A DNA stretch of 63,747 nt, from NCBI GenBank assembly GCA_051918525.1, contig JBPPZI010000002.1, positions 18,205-81,951 of the forward strand, given 5' to 3'. The stretch comes from Pseudogracilibacillus sp. GTDB lineage: Bacteria; Bacillota; Bacilli; Bacillales; Amphibacillaceae. The notes under the pieces are model-generated. The model saw only the letters and a program-made list of their open reading frames with translations, ran no database searches and was not told where the DNA came from. Made by a program: the position numbers and the translations under genes. Positions 28,902 to 39,377 of the stretch are shown here, in pieces; the first letter of the stretch is position 1, and every line of letters begins with the position of its first letter.

Positions 28902-30242
28902 TCACATGTTAACTTCAAAGTTTGTTTCTGTTCCTGATAATTTCTCAACATTTTCTTCCGCTCCGTTATCTGCATTTATAAAGATTCGATATGTTTCATC
29001 ATTCATCGTTCCTAAAAATTCATATGTTAATACTTCTTCATGAAGATCGTTTTCAATTAAAGCTAAATGCTCCTCTTGAATCTCAACATTATTGTTTACC
29101 ATATCTCTTGCCTCTTCTAGTGTAAGCTTAGGTTCTGGAATATTTCTTTCATCATGATTCATTAAAAAGTTTTTCGCATTAAAACCTAGTATATCTCCAT
29201 TGTCTAAGGCCACTTTTAACACCATTGAATCAGGATAAATTCTTACGTCATCTTGACTATATACAAAAGAAAATATACCGACATTATCGAACTGTTGACT
29301 TTGTAATGGAATCATATTTTGATAATCAAATTTTTTTAAATATTTTTCCGCTTCAATTAATCCATCATTTAAAGATAATTTTTTATCTTCGATTGGTCGG
29401 TCTACTAAGATTTGAATTGGATGTGCTCCTTTTTGAGTAATATCCATATATACACTCTTACCATCTTTATAAGAGACAGAGTACATCGGTACATCTGATC
29501 CTTCACCGGATTTTGTTACAACGATATTTACATTATCTTTTATTGAAAATAAGTCTTTACTAAAATTCCGAATTTGTTTTTCATCTTTCCATTCGCCTGG
29601 TACATTTTTAAACTCATGATCTTTTGTAGAGATTTCCATGAAAGCTGAACCTTCATCCCCTTCAGCAAATTCAGTAACCTTTTTCTCTACAGTTTTCAAT
29701 CCATCGATAATCGTATTATCGGATTGTTCTTCTTGGGTTGCAAGTGCCAATTCGACGTCCATCCAACGCAAATTGTTTGCTAAAGTTGTATGTTGTACTT
29801 GTCTAAGTTCATCCTTAATATCCGCCGCTTGTTTATAAAGTTGTTCTAATGTTTTAATTTCATCATCATTTAATGGGTCATCGTCTAAATTTCGAATTGC
29901 GGTTCGGTAGGTGAAGTCTCCAATTTGAGATAAAAATTCTTCTGTTTTATTAAATGGTAATAGAGTTAGTGGTAACTGGCCTACATTCGTTAAAGCTTCG
30001 GAAGATAACCGCCATATATCTACAAACTGTGGAGAAAGCCTTTCACTCGAATTCATAGCTAAAGATGTTCCAATTTTATCATGAAGTAAATCCATATGAT
30101 AAGAAAGTTCATGGAACGATCGTTGATATGAGTTTTCGGCCTGAATTAAAAGCGCGTTTTTCTCTTCATGTTCTTTATAGCCCCAATACCCAACACCCGC
30201 AATTCCAATGGCTAAAACCGCTATTAATATTGATCGAATCAT
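28902..30242 (-). CDS. ypeB: Germination protein YpeB (PepSY domains)
   Basis: AENSYQRSF, LPFNKTEEFL, LRWMDVE. Confidence 0.95.
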   Translation of the reverse strand: MIRSILIAVLAIGIAGVGYWGYKEHEEKNALLIQAENSYQRSFHELSYHMDLLHDKIGTSLAMNSSERLSPQFVDIWRLSSEALTNVGQLPLTLLPFNKTEEFLSQIGDFTYRTAIRNLDDDPLNDDEIKTLEQLYKQAADIKDELRQVQHTTLANNLRWMDVELALATQEEQSDNTIIDGLKTVEKKVTEFAEGDEGSAFMEISTKDHEFKNVPGEWKDEKQIRNFSKDLFSIKDNVNIVVTKSGEGSDVPMYSVSYKDGKSVYMDITQKGAHPIQILVDRPIEDKKLSLNDGLIEAEKYLKKFDYQNMIPLQSQQFDNVGIFSFVYSQDDVRIYPDSMVLKVALDNGDILGFNAKNFLMNHDERNIPEPKLTLEEARDMVNNNVEIQEEHLALIENDLHEEVLTYEFLGTMNDETYRIFINADNGAEENVEKLSGTETNFEVNM

Positions 30243-30256
30243 GATATCAAACCTTT

Positions 30257-31075
30257 CTATTTACAGAATATATGTTTTCCAATTTGTTTTATTTGAGGCC
30301 TTGTCCAAATCCAAGGTGATGTCGCAGTTTCAGGGTTAAAATAATATGTTGCATTACTTGTTGGATCCCATCCATTAATTGCATCCAATACTGCTCTTCT
30401 TGCAGTTTCGTTTGGTGTCAGATATATTTGACCATCAGCAACCGCTGTAAATGCTCTTGGCTCAAAGATAACACCTGAAATTGTATTTGGAAATGTAGGA
30501 CTATTGACTCTGTTTAAAATAACGGCGGCGACAGCTACTTGTCCTTCATACGGCTCTCCCCTTGCTTCACCGTAAACAGCATTCGCCATTAATTTAATAT
30601 CATTTTGAGAAAAACCTTGCGGGACATTTACTGCTCCTGTTTGTTGTGCAGGTTGCTGAGCTTGTTGCTGTTGTTGGTTTGGTTGTTGTTTTTGTTCTTT
30701 TTGAGCTTGTTGATTTTGCTTTGGCTTTTCTGTACGGTACATGTTTTGCTTTACTTCTTGTTCATTAAACTCTGTGGCTTTTACAAGCTTTTCTTTTGTT
30801 TTTTGCCCGGCCATTCCATCTATTTCCATACCAAATTCATATTGAAAATTACGTAAAGCCCAATATGTACGCCAATCAAACACTCCATCAATTGGTCCGG
30901 TATAAAAACCGATATGTTTCAGCCTTGCCTGTAATTCAATAACATCATCACCAACTGCGCCATGTTGGATAACTTGTGGACTGAATGCCTCAAGATTTTT
31001 TTGATCAAAACTTGGTACATAAATCATTATCATTATCATTAAAGAAAGTATGAGAGAGATTTTTTTATAGTTCAT
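30257..31075 (-). CDS. sleB: Spore cortex-lytic enzyme
   Basis: Peptidoglycan-binding domain, Q-rich linker, AVYGEARGEPY catalytic domain. Confidence 0.96.
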   Translation of the reverse strand: MNYKKISLILSLMIMIMIYVPSFDQKNLEAFSPQVIQHGAVGDDVIELQARLKHIGFYTGPIDGVFDWRTYWALRNFQYEFGMEIDGMAGQKTKEKLVKATEFNEQEVKQNMYRTEKPKQNQQAQKEQKQQPNQQQQQAQQPAQQTGAVNVPQGFSQNDIKLMANAVYGEARGEPYEGQVAVAAVILNRVNSPTFPNTISGVIFEPRAFTAVADGQIYLTPNETARRAVLDAINGWDPTSNATYYFNPETATSPWIWTRPQIKQIGKHIFCK

Positions 31076-31111
31076 TCTCTTTCCTCCAATTAATTAATAG
31101 TGTTGCAATTG

Positions 31112-31140
31112 TATTTTTTGATTTAATATCCTTTTTATGC
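31112..31140 (-). promoter_or_regulatory. Putative sigma-G promoter of sleB-ypeB
   Basis: Minus strand GCATA ... CAAAAAATA upstream of sleB. Confidence 0.5.
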
Positions 31141-31400
31141 ATTAATAAGGACAATTTTTCAAAATAGTAAAAGGAATGTTGAAAAACTTATATTATAAAA
31201 CAGTAAAATATATTTAACGCTATTAATTTATTTTTAGATAATAACCATAATTACAGCTAATGAAAAATAAAAAAACACTAGTGACATATTTTGTACCAAC
31301 CTATAACACAAAATGTACCAGTGAATGAAAAGCTGTTTACCAGACCATACCCCCTCGTAAAATAATGGAGTCACTAAAAGTGTGACATTATTTTTATATA

Positions 31401-31516
31401 GGAGTTATTTTTTTATCAAAAGATTTTGGAACTGTATGATGAGGGTATTGGCCTTAGAGTAGGTCTATGGGGAAATCATGAAGATTGATTAGACGGGAAC
31501 AACAGTCTTTATCATT
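31401..31516 (+). pseudogene. Degenerate IS21-family istA transposase remnant
   Basis: RBS ggag then YQKILELYDEGIGLR (31414-31458; IstA N-terminus-like) and GEIMKID*TGTTVFII (31469-31516; resembles GE.MEVDWAG motif). Confidence 0.55.
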
Positions 31517-31835
31517 CGTAAGCAAGAGCGCACAGCGAGTTGGGGAATGATTAATCTCTAAGGTAAAATCTATTCATCTAGAAGAGTGGCTGCTACAAAT
31601 TTATCAACTAATGAGGTTGTAATCTTACTGGAAGTCACAGAAGTCTTTGATCATAAACAGCTCTCACCCCCACATTTTACAATAAATAAAAAGAATCCAT
31701 TTTGTAAAAAGATTGATCAAAATAGATTCTTTTCCGGCTAATCAAGTTTGGTTTTATAAAACTGATGTCCTCGAAAATTGATTTCAAAGACCTCTATATG
31801 CATCTTGAAACCCACAATACTACATTTTATTAGAT

Positions 31836-32825
31836 TTACTCATTCATTCGTAAAAGAGGTTGTGTTGTACAGCGAAATGAGCCACCAAAGCTTCTAGACA
31901 CACTGTAATCGATGTATTCAACCATTATTCCTTTCTTGGATAATTGCTCACCAATTATTGGTCGAAATTCCATGTCTGCTACGTATACTTCTTCATTTAA
32001 AGGTAATCCATTTGTGATTAATCTTTGTGCATCATTGAAAGAAACAGATATTCTATCCCATTCTTTTAAAGACTCTGGAATACCTTCAAGAAATGCTTCT
32101 TCACAAACAATCATTAATCCATCTTTGACCAGACTTAGCGCACAGTCTAAATGTAATATTTTAGAGTGAAGTGGTACTTCCGTGACTGTATATCCGAAAT
32201 TTGACACAAAGTTCCTCAACCACACTATTCCTTCGTGATTAGAAGCAAGCCCAGACGTCCCAACGAAAATTTCTTTGTTCAGAACTAAAACATCACCGCC
32301 TTCAAGAAAAGGGCCTTTCATATCAAAAAAATCACCTAATCTATCTGCCTGTGGTACAGATAAATAAAGGCACTCATTCTGCTCTGCTTCTTGTTCTAAA
32401 ATATGTCGTATAGGCATAACTTCTTTTTTTCTATGATTGAATTTCATACTTCCTTCAATGATCATTTTCCCTATAACAAAAAAAGGATCTCTTGCAAAGA
32501 AATTGCTGTAGCCCTTTTCTTTTGCATCGTTTTTTTCATCTTCAGTAAGTAGTCGAGGACGGATTACTTCAACTCCATATTTTTTAAGCAGTTTTTCAAA
32601 GTTCTCCTTTTCATTTTCCCACTTTTTTTGTAGCTTTGGTAAAGCATCTGAGATATCTTTACCGTATGCATTTTTTAATACTTCTAATGAATCTTCCGTT
32701 AAGAACTGATCACTCTGCATATTTTCTTCGGTAGGTACAGAAAATTGTGATTGCGCTAGAACAACTCTTTTCAAAGGAGCAAATTCACTTTCAACGAAAA
32801 CTTGTTCATTTTTCTTCATTATCAT
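31836..32825 (-). CDS. Amidinotransferase / dimethylarginine dimethylaminohydrolase family protein
   Basis: SEF..LK.V, FFARDP, LEGGDV, LHLDC, GGSFRCTTQPL (Cys-His-Asp pentein fold). Confidence 0.88.
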   Translation of the reverse strand: MIMKKNEQVFVESEFAPLKRVVLAQSQFSVPTEENMQSDQFLTEDSLEVLKNAYGKDISDALPKLQKKWENEKENFEKLLKKYGVEVIRPRLLTEDEKNDAKEKGYSNFFARDPFFVIGKMIIEGSMKFNHRKKEVMPIRHILEQEAEQNECLYLSVPQADRLGDFFDMKGPFLEGGDVLVLNKEIFVGTSGLASNHEGIVWLRNFVSNFGYTVTEVPLHSKILHLDCALSLVKDGLMIVCEEAFLEGIPESLKEWDRISVSFNDAQRLITNGLPLNEEVYVADMEFRPIIGEQLSKKGIMVEYIDYSVSRSFGGSFRCTTQPLLRMNE

Positions 32826-33077
32826 ATTATAGATAACTTTCCTTTCTAAAATTATTTGTAGGCTAGGAAGAATAGTTGAACCTTATTGTATCCTAATTCT
32901 GATTTATTTTTCAATGTTTACGAGAGCCTCCCACAAATACGGTATTCGTAAATTTTTCGCCTGGAGTCATGATAATGTCGCTCGTTCCCAAAAATATAGA
33001 AACCAATTTCTTTCATCAAGTTGGTTTGTTATTTATTAACCTTGATTTTCCGTGCTTAGGCTCAATTTTAGTTGGAT

Positions 33078-33116
33078 TAACAACAGACCATATGCTTGTA
33101 GTTTGGTCTGTTGTTA
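33078..33116 (-). terminator. 13-bp hairpin after LOG gene
   Basis: taacaacagacca/tggtctgttgtta perfect stem. Confidence 0.55.
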
Positions 33117-33121
33117 TGCTT

Positions 33122-33703
33122 TTAAATCTGTTTTTCATTAAGATACGTTTTTACGGTTGGGGCTTCATAAGAATCAAACTTATCAAGTAATTGACTTGGT
33201 TCAACATCTACAAGTGCCATCGAACGGTACTTTTCGTGTAAAAATTGTTCTCTGGTCATATGATTAAACAGTTCAACAAGAGGAGCAAAGTAATGATTAA
33301 TGTTTAGAAGACCACAAGGTTTTTGATGAAGGCCTAATTGAGCCCATGTAAAAATTTCAAAGAATTCCTCTAATGTGCCTGGTCCACCTGGTAAAGCGAC
33401 AAAGCCATCTGCCAGCTCTGCCATTTTAGCCTTTCTTTCATGCATAGAATCAACAACAATCAATTCTGATAATCTTTTATGAGATATTTCTCTTTTCTCC
33501 AAAAAACTAGGCATAATCCCAATGACTTGTCCACCATCTTCTAAGACAGCATCGGCAACAGCTCCCATTACCCCAACACTTGCACCACCATAAACAAGTG
33601 TAATATCGCGTTTGACTAGTTCTTCCCCAAATTTTCTCGCGGTTTCTATATATACATTAGATGCTCCAGCACTGGAACCGCAAAATACAGCTATACTTTT
33701 CAT
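33122..33703 (-). CDS. LOG family nucleotide phosphoribohydrolase (TIGR00730 type)
   Basis: VFCGSS, LVYGG, MHERK, LPGGPGTLEE, QLGLHQKP. Confidence 0.92.
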   Translation of the reverse strand: MKSIAVFCGSSAGASNVYIETARKFGEELVKRDITLVYGGASVGVMGAVADAVLEDGGQVIGIMPSFLEKREISHKRLSELIVVDSMHERKAKMAELADGFVALPGGPGTLEEFFEIFTWAQLGLHQKPCGLLNINHYFAPLVELFNHMTREQFLHEKYRSMALVDVEPSQLLDKFDSYEAPTVKTYLNEKQI

Positions 33704-33799
33704 AAAGAAGCCCCCTTATCGGATTCAGCGTTTATATTATACAGAAGTCTTCATGATTTGTTAAACTTTATAGTAGTGAAATTTAAGGAGTGCTAAAAA

Positions 33800-34120
33800 A
33801 TGGATGTAACTGAATTTCAACAATGGGTAAATGATTATTATGAAAATAGAGGCTGGTCTGAACTAGACATCTTTATTCGGATTGGCTTTTTAGCGGAGGA
33901 AACTGGAGAAGTAGCACGAGCCATAAGAGCTCTTGAGATTGGGAGGGATCGGCCAGACGAAAAAACGGAATCCTATATGGAAAATAGAGAAGATTTAGTA
34001 GAAGAGTTAGGAGATGTGTTGGGTAACGTCATTATAATTGCCAATAAATATAATATCTCTTTAGAAGAAGTGTTTAATTCTCATAAGGAAAAACTCTCAA
34101 AGCGCTACTCTCATGAATAA
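33800..34120 (+). CDS. MazG-like nucleotide pyrophosphohydrolase domain protein
   Basis: LAEETGEVA and EELGDV acidic motifs; RBS aaggag. Confidence 0.88.
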   Translation: MDVTEFQQWVNDYYENRGWSELDIFIRIGFLAEETGEVARAIRALEIGRDRPDEKTESYMENREDLVEELGDVLGNVIIIANKYNISLEEVFNSHKEKLSKRYSHE

Positions 34121-34265
34121 ATATTATCAACTTACGTACCAATAAAGTGAGTATTAACAGATACTCGGATTGATATCTCAAATCATTAATTTAATAACTT
34201 TAATAATGTAGGGCATTTTTGCATAAAGGAAATAAACTGCGCCATTATTTCGTTACTAATAGATA

Positions 34266-34518
34266 GGGGCTACTGAACGAAACATTATTACACTTATTTT
34301 GGCAATATAAGCAATACTTTAATGGGAAAACCTAAAATATTAACGTTAAAGATAGACTTTATGTGATATTGTACAATGAAATTGACACTTTTATGAATCC
34401 CAATTTTATTTAGGTGCAAAGGTTTTTATCATTTTCTTGAAAAAACCTTGCACTTTAAATGAAAGTTTATGCTCTAAGTCCTTGATACAAAAAGGATTGC
34501 AATTTGTTCAACAGTCCC
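34266..34518. mobile_element. Non-autonomous IS-derived MITE (about 253 bp)
   Basis: Imperfect TIRs ggggctactgaacga / ttgttcaacagtccc (11/15), flanked by tagata direct repeat (34260-34265, 34519-34524); no ORF. Confidence 0.6.
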
Positions 34519-34522
34519 TAGA

Positions 34523-34967
34523 TAGTTGAAGGATACTGTGCAGTAGTGAAAATTTAAAAACCAGATCAATTCCGCTGTGTAAAAATGAACGCAGTCACAA
34601 AGCAGAATACCGCTACGGAAATACACTACGCTTTCCGTGGGCGGCTGTTGAGCCCCATCGTGCTACGCACTTGGGTCTCACCTAGGCCTGTCCTCCCACA
34701 GGAGTCTCCGTGTATTTCCTTCGCTGGGTATGTTTGGTAAACGGCTCTGCACAGTTTGTTACTACTATCTTTATTGTTGATTGGAGCCGGAGGGCAGTCG
34801 ACTCCTGCGGGAAAAGCACGTGTCTGAAGACTCAGAAGCAGTGGTTTTCTGCTTCAGAGGCTGAAGCCGTGCCCGCGGAAAGCGAACTGCCCGGAGGCGG
34901 AAATCAACGGTGCAGTAGCGAAGTTGACCGATAACTTATCATCTTAAGTTACTGCACAGTTTATGGA
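34523..34967. repeat. Repeat family A, copy A3
   Basis: tagttgaaggatactgtgcagt end, modules 1 and 2, tactgcacagtttatgga end. Confidence 0.92.
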
Positions 34968-35079
34968 TTATTGTGCAAATAAGTTTAAAAGCAACAAAAA
35001 AATCCGCACAATAATACAAACTTTTTCCAAGAGAAGTTTATATTCGTTCGAATTTTCTACGAAGAAAACACTTTTTGTC

Positions 35080-36051
35080 CTAGTCTTTCTTTAATATTGA
35101 CGCTGCAATTGCCTTTCCGTGCCATCTGCCATTCTCGATAAAAGTTTCGTTCCCATTAAAGCCGGAAATTATTACTCCAGCAACATACAAATTAGGAATG
35201 TTTGTTTCAAATGTATTTTCATCCTTTTCAGGTTTACCTGTTGTATTATCTACATTTACACCAATCTTTTTTAAAAAAGAAATATTCGGTTGATACCCTG
35301 TCATTGCAAATACAAAATCATTTTTAATATGTTTTACTTCATTGTTAACACGGTATATTACGTTATTTTCAGTTATTTCGGTCACAATTGCATTAAACTC
35401 CATGGAGATTCGACCTTTTTGAACAAGCGAATCAAAATCTGGTAAAATCCATGGTTTAATACTTTTTGAATACGTTGATCCACGGTACAGGACGGTTATA
35501 TTTGCTCCTGCCTTATAAAGAGCTAGTGCAGCATCTACTGCCGAATTTTTCCCACCAATAATTACAACATCTGTATTATAATATGGGTGGCCTTCTTTAA
35601 AATAATGCATAACTTTAGGGAGGTTTTCTCCTGCTATGTTTAAATATTGAGGTTGATCATAATAACCTGTTGCAATGATAACATGTTTGGCAATATATTG
35701 TATTTCTTGACCGTTTTTATTTGTATAAAGATAAAACAGGTCATCTTTTTTCATAATATTCGTTACTGTTTCAAAAGGATTTATTCGAAGTTCGTTACGC
35801 TTAACAACTTCCCGGTAATACGCTAAAGCTTCATTTCGTACAGGTTTAAACTTGTCAGTAACAAAAGGAAAGTCGCCGATCTCCAAATTTTTACTTGTAC
35901 TGAAAAAGGTCTGATGGGTTGGAAATCGATAAATTGTTTCGACTATATTTCCTTTCTCTATTATAAGCGGTTTTATGTTATATCGTTGTAACTCAAGTGC
36001 ACATGATAGACCACATGGGCCAGCTCCAACGATTATCGTATGTTCTATCAC
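35080..36051 (-). CDS. ypdA: YpdA family bacillithiol disulfide reductase
   Basis: GAGPCG, PTHQTFFS, IATGYY, GGKNSAVD, FIENGR. Confidence 0.93.
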   Translation of the reverse strand: MIEHTIIVGAGPCGLSCALELQRYNIKPLIIEKGNIVETIYRFPTHQTFFSTSKNLEIGDFPFVTDKFKPVRNEALAYYREVVKRNELRINPFETVTNIMKKDDLFYLYTNKNGQEIQYIAKHVIIATGYYDQPQYLNIAGENLPKVMHYFKEGHPYYNTDVVIIGGKNSAVDAALALYKAGANITVLYRGSTYSKSIKPWILPDFDSLVQKGRISMEFNAIVTEITENNVIYRVNNEVKHIKNDFVFAMTGYQPNISFLKKIGVNVDNTTGKPEKDENTFETNIPNLYVAGVIISGFNGNETFIENGRWHGKAIAASILKKD

Positions 36052-36089
36052 CCGTAGCTCCCCCTTTACAAAAAAATTTAGACCATTAT

Positions 36090-36121
36090 AAAAGACCCCT
36101 ATTTATTCTTTCATAGGGGTC
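36090..36121 (-). terminator. Terminator after gudB
   Basis: gacccctat/ataggggtc stem plus T-tract. Confidence 0.7.
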
Positions 36122-36135
36122 AAATTATTAAATAT

Positions 36136-37416
36136 TTATACCCAACCGCGAAATCTAGATGCTTCTGCCATTTTTCTAACTCCAACCATGTAGGCAGCTA
36201 AACGCATATTTACATTTCTAGTTTGGGCAGTATTATAAATTGTATCAAATGATTTTTTCATCACTTCATACAACTTTTCTTCTACTTCCTCTTCTGGCCA
36301 GTAATATCCTTGATTATTTTGAACCCATTCAAAGTATGAAACAGTTACACCACCTGAAGAAGCTAACACATCTGGTACAAGTAATTTTCCACGTTCTGTC
36401 AATATTTTAGTAGCTTCCATTGTGGTCGGTCCATTGGCTGCTTCGACGATAATATCTGCTTTAATATTATGAGCGTTTTTTTCTGTAATTTGATTTTGGA
36501 CCGCAGCCGGTACTAATATATCACAATCTAACTCAAGTAACTCTTCGTTAGTTATCGTATCTTTAAATAACGTAGTGACAGTTCCAAAACTATCACGACG
36601 ATCTAAAAGGTAATCAATATCCAAACCTTCAGGATCGTGCAAGGCACCATAAGCATCAGAGATACCAACTACTTTTGCGCCGGCTTCATGAAGGAATTTG
36701 GATAAAAAGCTTCCTGCATTTCCAAAACCTTGAACGACAATTCTTGCTCCTTCTAGCTCAAAACCACGTTTTTTAGCAGCTTCTTCAATGCAAATTGTTA
36801 CACCTTTAGCTGTAGCAGATTCTCGACCATGCGAACCACCTAGGACTATCGGTTTTCCAGTAATAAAACCAGGATTATTGAATTCGTCAATTCGGCTATA
36901 CTCATCCATCATCCACGCCATTATTTGTGAATTTGTAAAAACATCAGGGGCTGGTATATCTTTCGTTGGCCCAACGAATTGGCTAATTGCCCGGACATAC
37001 CCTCTACTTAAATTTTCGAGTTCTCGGAATGACATTTCACGTGGGTCACAAATAATACCACCTTTACCACCACCATAAGGTAAATCTACAATACCTGCTT
37101 TTAAACTCATCCAAATTGCTAAGGCATTAACTTCTGTTTCAGTTACATCAGGGTGAAACCTAACCCCACCTTTTGTCGGTCCAACTGCATCATTATGTTG
37201 AGCTCGAAATCCGGTAAACACTTTGATCGAACCATCATCCATACGTACAGGAATTCTAACCTTTAGCATTCGGAGAGAATCTTTTAATAGTTCATAAACT
37301 TCATTTGGATAACCTAACTTATCCAAAGCTTCTTTTACAACAGTCCTTGTCGATGTTAAAATATTCGTTTTTTCGTTTTCTTCTTTACTGGAATCTGCTG
37401 CTTTATCGGCTACCAT
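36136..37416 (-). CDS. gudB: NAD-specific glutamate dehydrogenase
   Basis: [37 protein letters not shown]; synteny with ypdA. Confidence 0.93.
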   Translation of the reverse strand: MVADKAADSSKEENEKTNILTSTRTVVKEALDKLGYPNEVYELLKDSLRMLKVRIPVRMDDGSIKVFTGFRAQHNDAVGPTKGGVRFHPDVTETEVNALAIWMSLKAGIVDLPYGGGKGGIICDPREMSFRELENLSRGYVRAISQFVGPTKDIPAPDVFTNSQIMAWMMDEYSRIDEFNNPGFITGKPIVLGGSHGRESATAKGVTICIEEAAKKRGFELEGARIVVQGFGNAGSFLSKFLHEAGAKVVGISDAYGALHDPEGLDIDYLLDRRDSFGTVTTLFKDTITNEELLELDCDILVPAAVQNQITEKNAHNIKADIIVEAANGPTTMEATKILTERGKLLVPDVLASSGGVTVSYFEWVQNNQGYYWPEEEVEEKLYEVMKKSFDTIYNTAQTRNVNMRLAAYMVGVRKMAEASRFRGWV

Positions 37417-37554
37417 TAGTTTACCTCCTATGAATAACATATAAATGTAAATAATAGCTGTTCTTTGTGATTAGTATACACCTTTAAGTCAATTATGCAA
37501 TCCAAAATTACTTGAAACGATTGATTTATCAGCCAAAGGGTAATGAACTACATT

Positions 37555-38490
37555 TTAATTGACTGTTAATTGCACTAGCGTCTCAATCATTTCATTATAA
37601 GAGATATTATTTGTGCGTGCAGAATCAGGAAAAAGACTCGTCGGTGTCATACCAGGTAAAGTATTCACCTCTAATATATACGGTACTCCTTCATCTGTTA
37701 ATAAAAAATCTGCTCTGGAGTATGTTTCACAACCTAACACTTGATGTGCTTTGACCGCAAATTCTTTTATTTTTGTGGTAAGTTCCTCACTAATTTGTGC
37801 AGGAATGATATGTTCACTGCCACCTTCTGCATATTTTGATTCATAATCATACAATTCATTTTTAGGAATGATTTCAATAATAGGTAAAGCAATTTCCTCA
37901 TTCATTTTTCCCATTACAGGAACAGTTAACTCTTTTCCTTTGATAAATTGTTCAACTAAAATAAACTCATCACTTTGAACCGCTTTTTTAATTGCCTGTT
38001 CTGTCTGGTCTTTATTGGTTACAATCGTAAGACCGAGTGTTGACCCTTCGCGATTTGGTTTTACAACAAACGGTAACTCAAAATTATGATGAATTTTTTC
38101 AACAAGATCATTTATATTTGTCTGATCGGTTACTCGGTATCGCTCACCTCTCGCAATTGGTATATTTACAACTTTAAATAACTGTTTTGCTTTGAATTTA
38201 TCCATAGCAACTGCTGAGGCCATTACTCCCGATCCTACATAAGGAATATTTAACATTTCTAATAACCCTTGTATCGATCCATCTTCTCCAAACTTACCAT
38301 GAAGACTAATAAAAACTAAATCAACGTTTAATTCAATTATTTCATGTAAACGATCGGGATGAAAGTCAATTCCAATCACTTCATGACCATTTGCTTTTAA
38401 TGCGTCTATTATTCCCTTACTTGATGAAATAGAAACATCTCGCTCTTTTGAAATCCCACCATAAAGGACAGCTATTTTCAACGTGTCCAC
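37555..38490 (-). CDS. ddl: D-alanine--D-alanine ligase
   Basis: GG.S.ER.VS, LHG.FGEDG, YDYESKY, EVNTLPGMT. Confidence 0.93.
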   Translation of the reverse strand: MDTLKIAVLYGGISKERDVSISSSKGIIDALKANGHEVIGIDFHPDRLHEIIELNVDLVFISLHGKFGEDGSIQGLLEMLNIPYVGSGVMASAVAMDKFKAKQLFKVVNIPIARGERYRVTDQTNINDLVEKIHHNFELPFVVKPNREGSTLGLTIVTNKDQTEQAIKKAVQSDEFILVEQFIKGKELTVPVMGKMNEEIALPIIEIIPKNELYDYESKYAEGGSEHIIPAQISEELTTKIKEFAVKAHQVLGCETYSRADFLLTDEGVPYILEVNTLPGMTPTSLFPDSARTNNISYNEMIETLVQLTVN

Positions 38491-38573
38491 TCCTAACCTA
38501 TCTATAATTTATTTTTTCTTTATTTCATAATATCATTTTTTTAAACTCTCTACTATAGTAGTATATGACCGGA

Positions 38574-39371
38574 TTAAGCATTTGTACTATTTTGTTGCAA
38601 AGAAACTACATGGCATTCGGCTCTGGTTCCTAAACGTAGTGGTAGCATCGTGTACCCATATCCTTCTGAAATAATAACTGTTGATCCTTGATACGAAAAT
38701 GTGCCTCCTTTTTTATAAAATCCAAAACCAAAAATCCGAATTTGTCCACCGTGCGTATGACCTGCGAAAATCACATTAATTTGTTTTTTAACTGCTTCAT
38801 TTAATTCATAAAAAGCACTAGGCTTATGTGTACACAAAATTGTAAAATCATCTTTTAACTCATTCCAATTAACCGAATGTTCCGCATATCGGTCTTCATA
38901 ATATTTTAATCCAATCAGCTTTATTTTTTCATTATCTTTGTAAATAGAAACTATTTTATCTTCTAACATAATTACATTTTCTTGCATTAAAATATGTTTC
39001 ATTTTATTTATATTTGTTTCGAAATCATTGTTTCCCCAGATAAAATATATGGGAGCCCTCCATTTTTTTAGTTTAATGATATTTTGCCGCATTCTTTCTA
39101 AAGGTACACCACGTTCAATTAAGTCTCCCCCAATAATAATGAGGTCAATATGTTGATCAATCTTTTCAATCGTAGACTCTTTAATCTTTCTTCTGTGTAT
39201 ATCTGAAATGAAAAAAATATTAAACCCTCTAAATGATTCCGGGATTTCTTGAAATTCAATTGATTCATAGACAATATGATCGTTGTGGGCTTTAAAAAAC
39301 ATATAGCCTAGGAAACTTACACTAATAAATAAAATAGTCAAAAAAACGATGTACAATTTTAAAGCCCCCAT
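38574..39371 (-). CDS. ypbG: Metallophosphoesterase YpbG
   Basis: FISDIH, GGD, WGNND, GHTHGGQ. Confidence 0.85.
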   Translation of the reverse strand: MGALKLYIVFLTILFISVSFLGYMFFKAHNDHIVYESIEFQEIPESFRGFNIFFISDIHRRKIKESTIEKIDQHIDLIIIGGDLIERGVPLERMRQNIIKLKKWRAPIYFIWGNNDFETNINKMKHILMQENVIMLEDKIVSIYKDNEKIKLIGLKYYEDRYAEHSVNWNELKDDFTILCTHKPSAFYELNEAVKKQINVIFAGHTHGGQIRIFGFGFYKKGGTFSYQGSTVIISEGYGYTMLPLRLGTRAECHVVSLQQNSTNA

Positions 39372-39377
39372 TCTGGG

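Noticed and set aside
30640-30730. Gln-rich CAA/CAG low-complexity tract in sleB
   Set aside because: Ordinary variable linker between SleB domains
32830-33075. Guanidine riboswitch upstream of the amidinotransferase
   Set aside because: Conserved ykkC/mini-ykkC motifs were not found
37110-37150. Cryptic gudB 9-bp duplication as in B. subtilis 168
   Set aside because: The region reads [11 protein letters not shown] with no duplication; the gene appears intact
37555-38490. Van-type D-Ala-D-Lac ligase
   Set aside because: No vanH/vanX/vanRS neighbours, and the omega loop is of the D-Ala-D-Ala type
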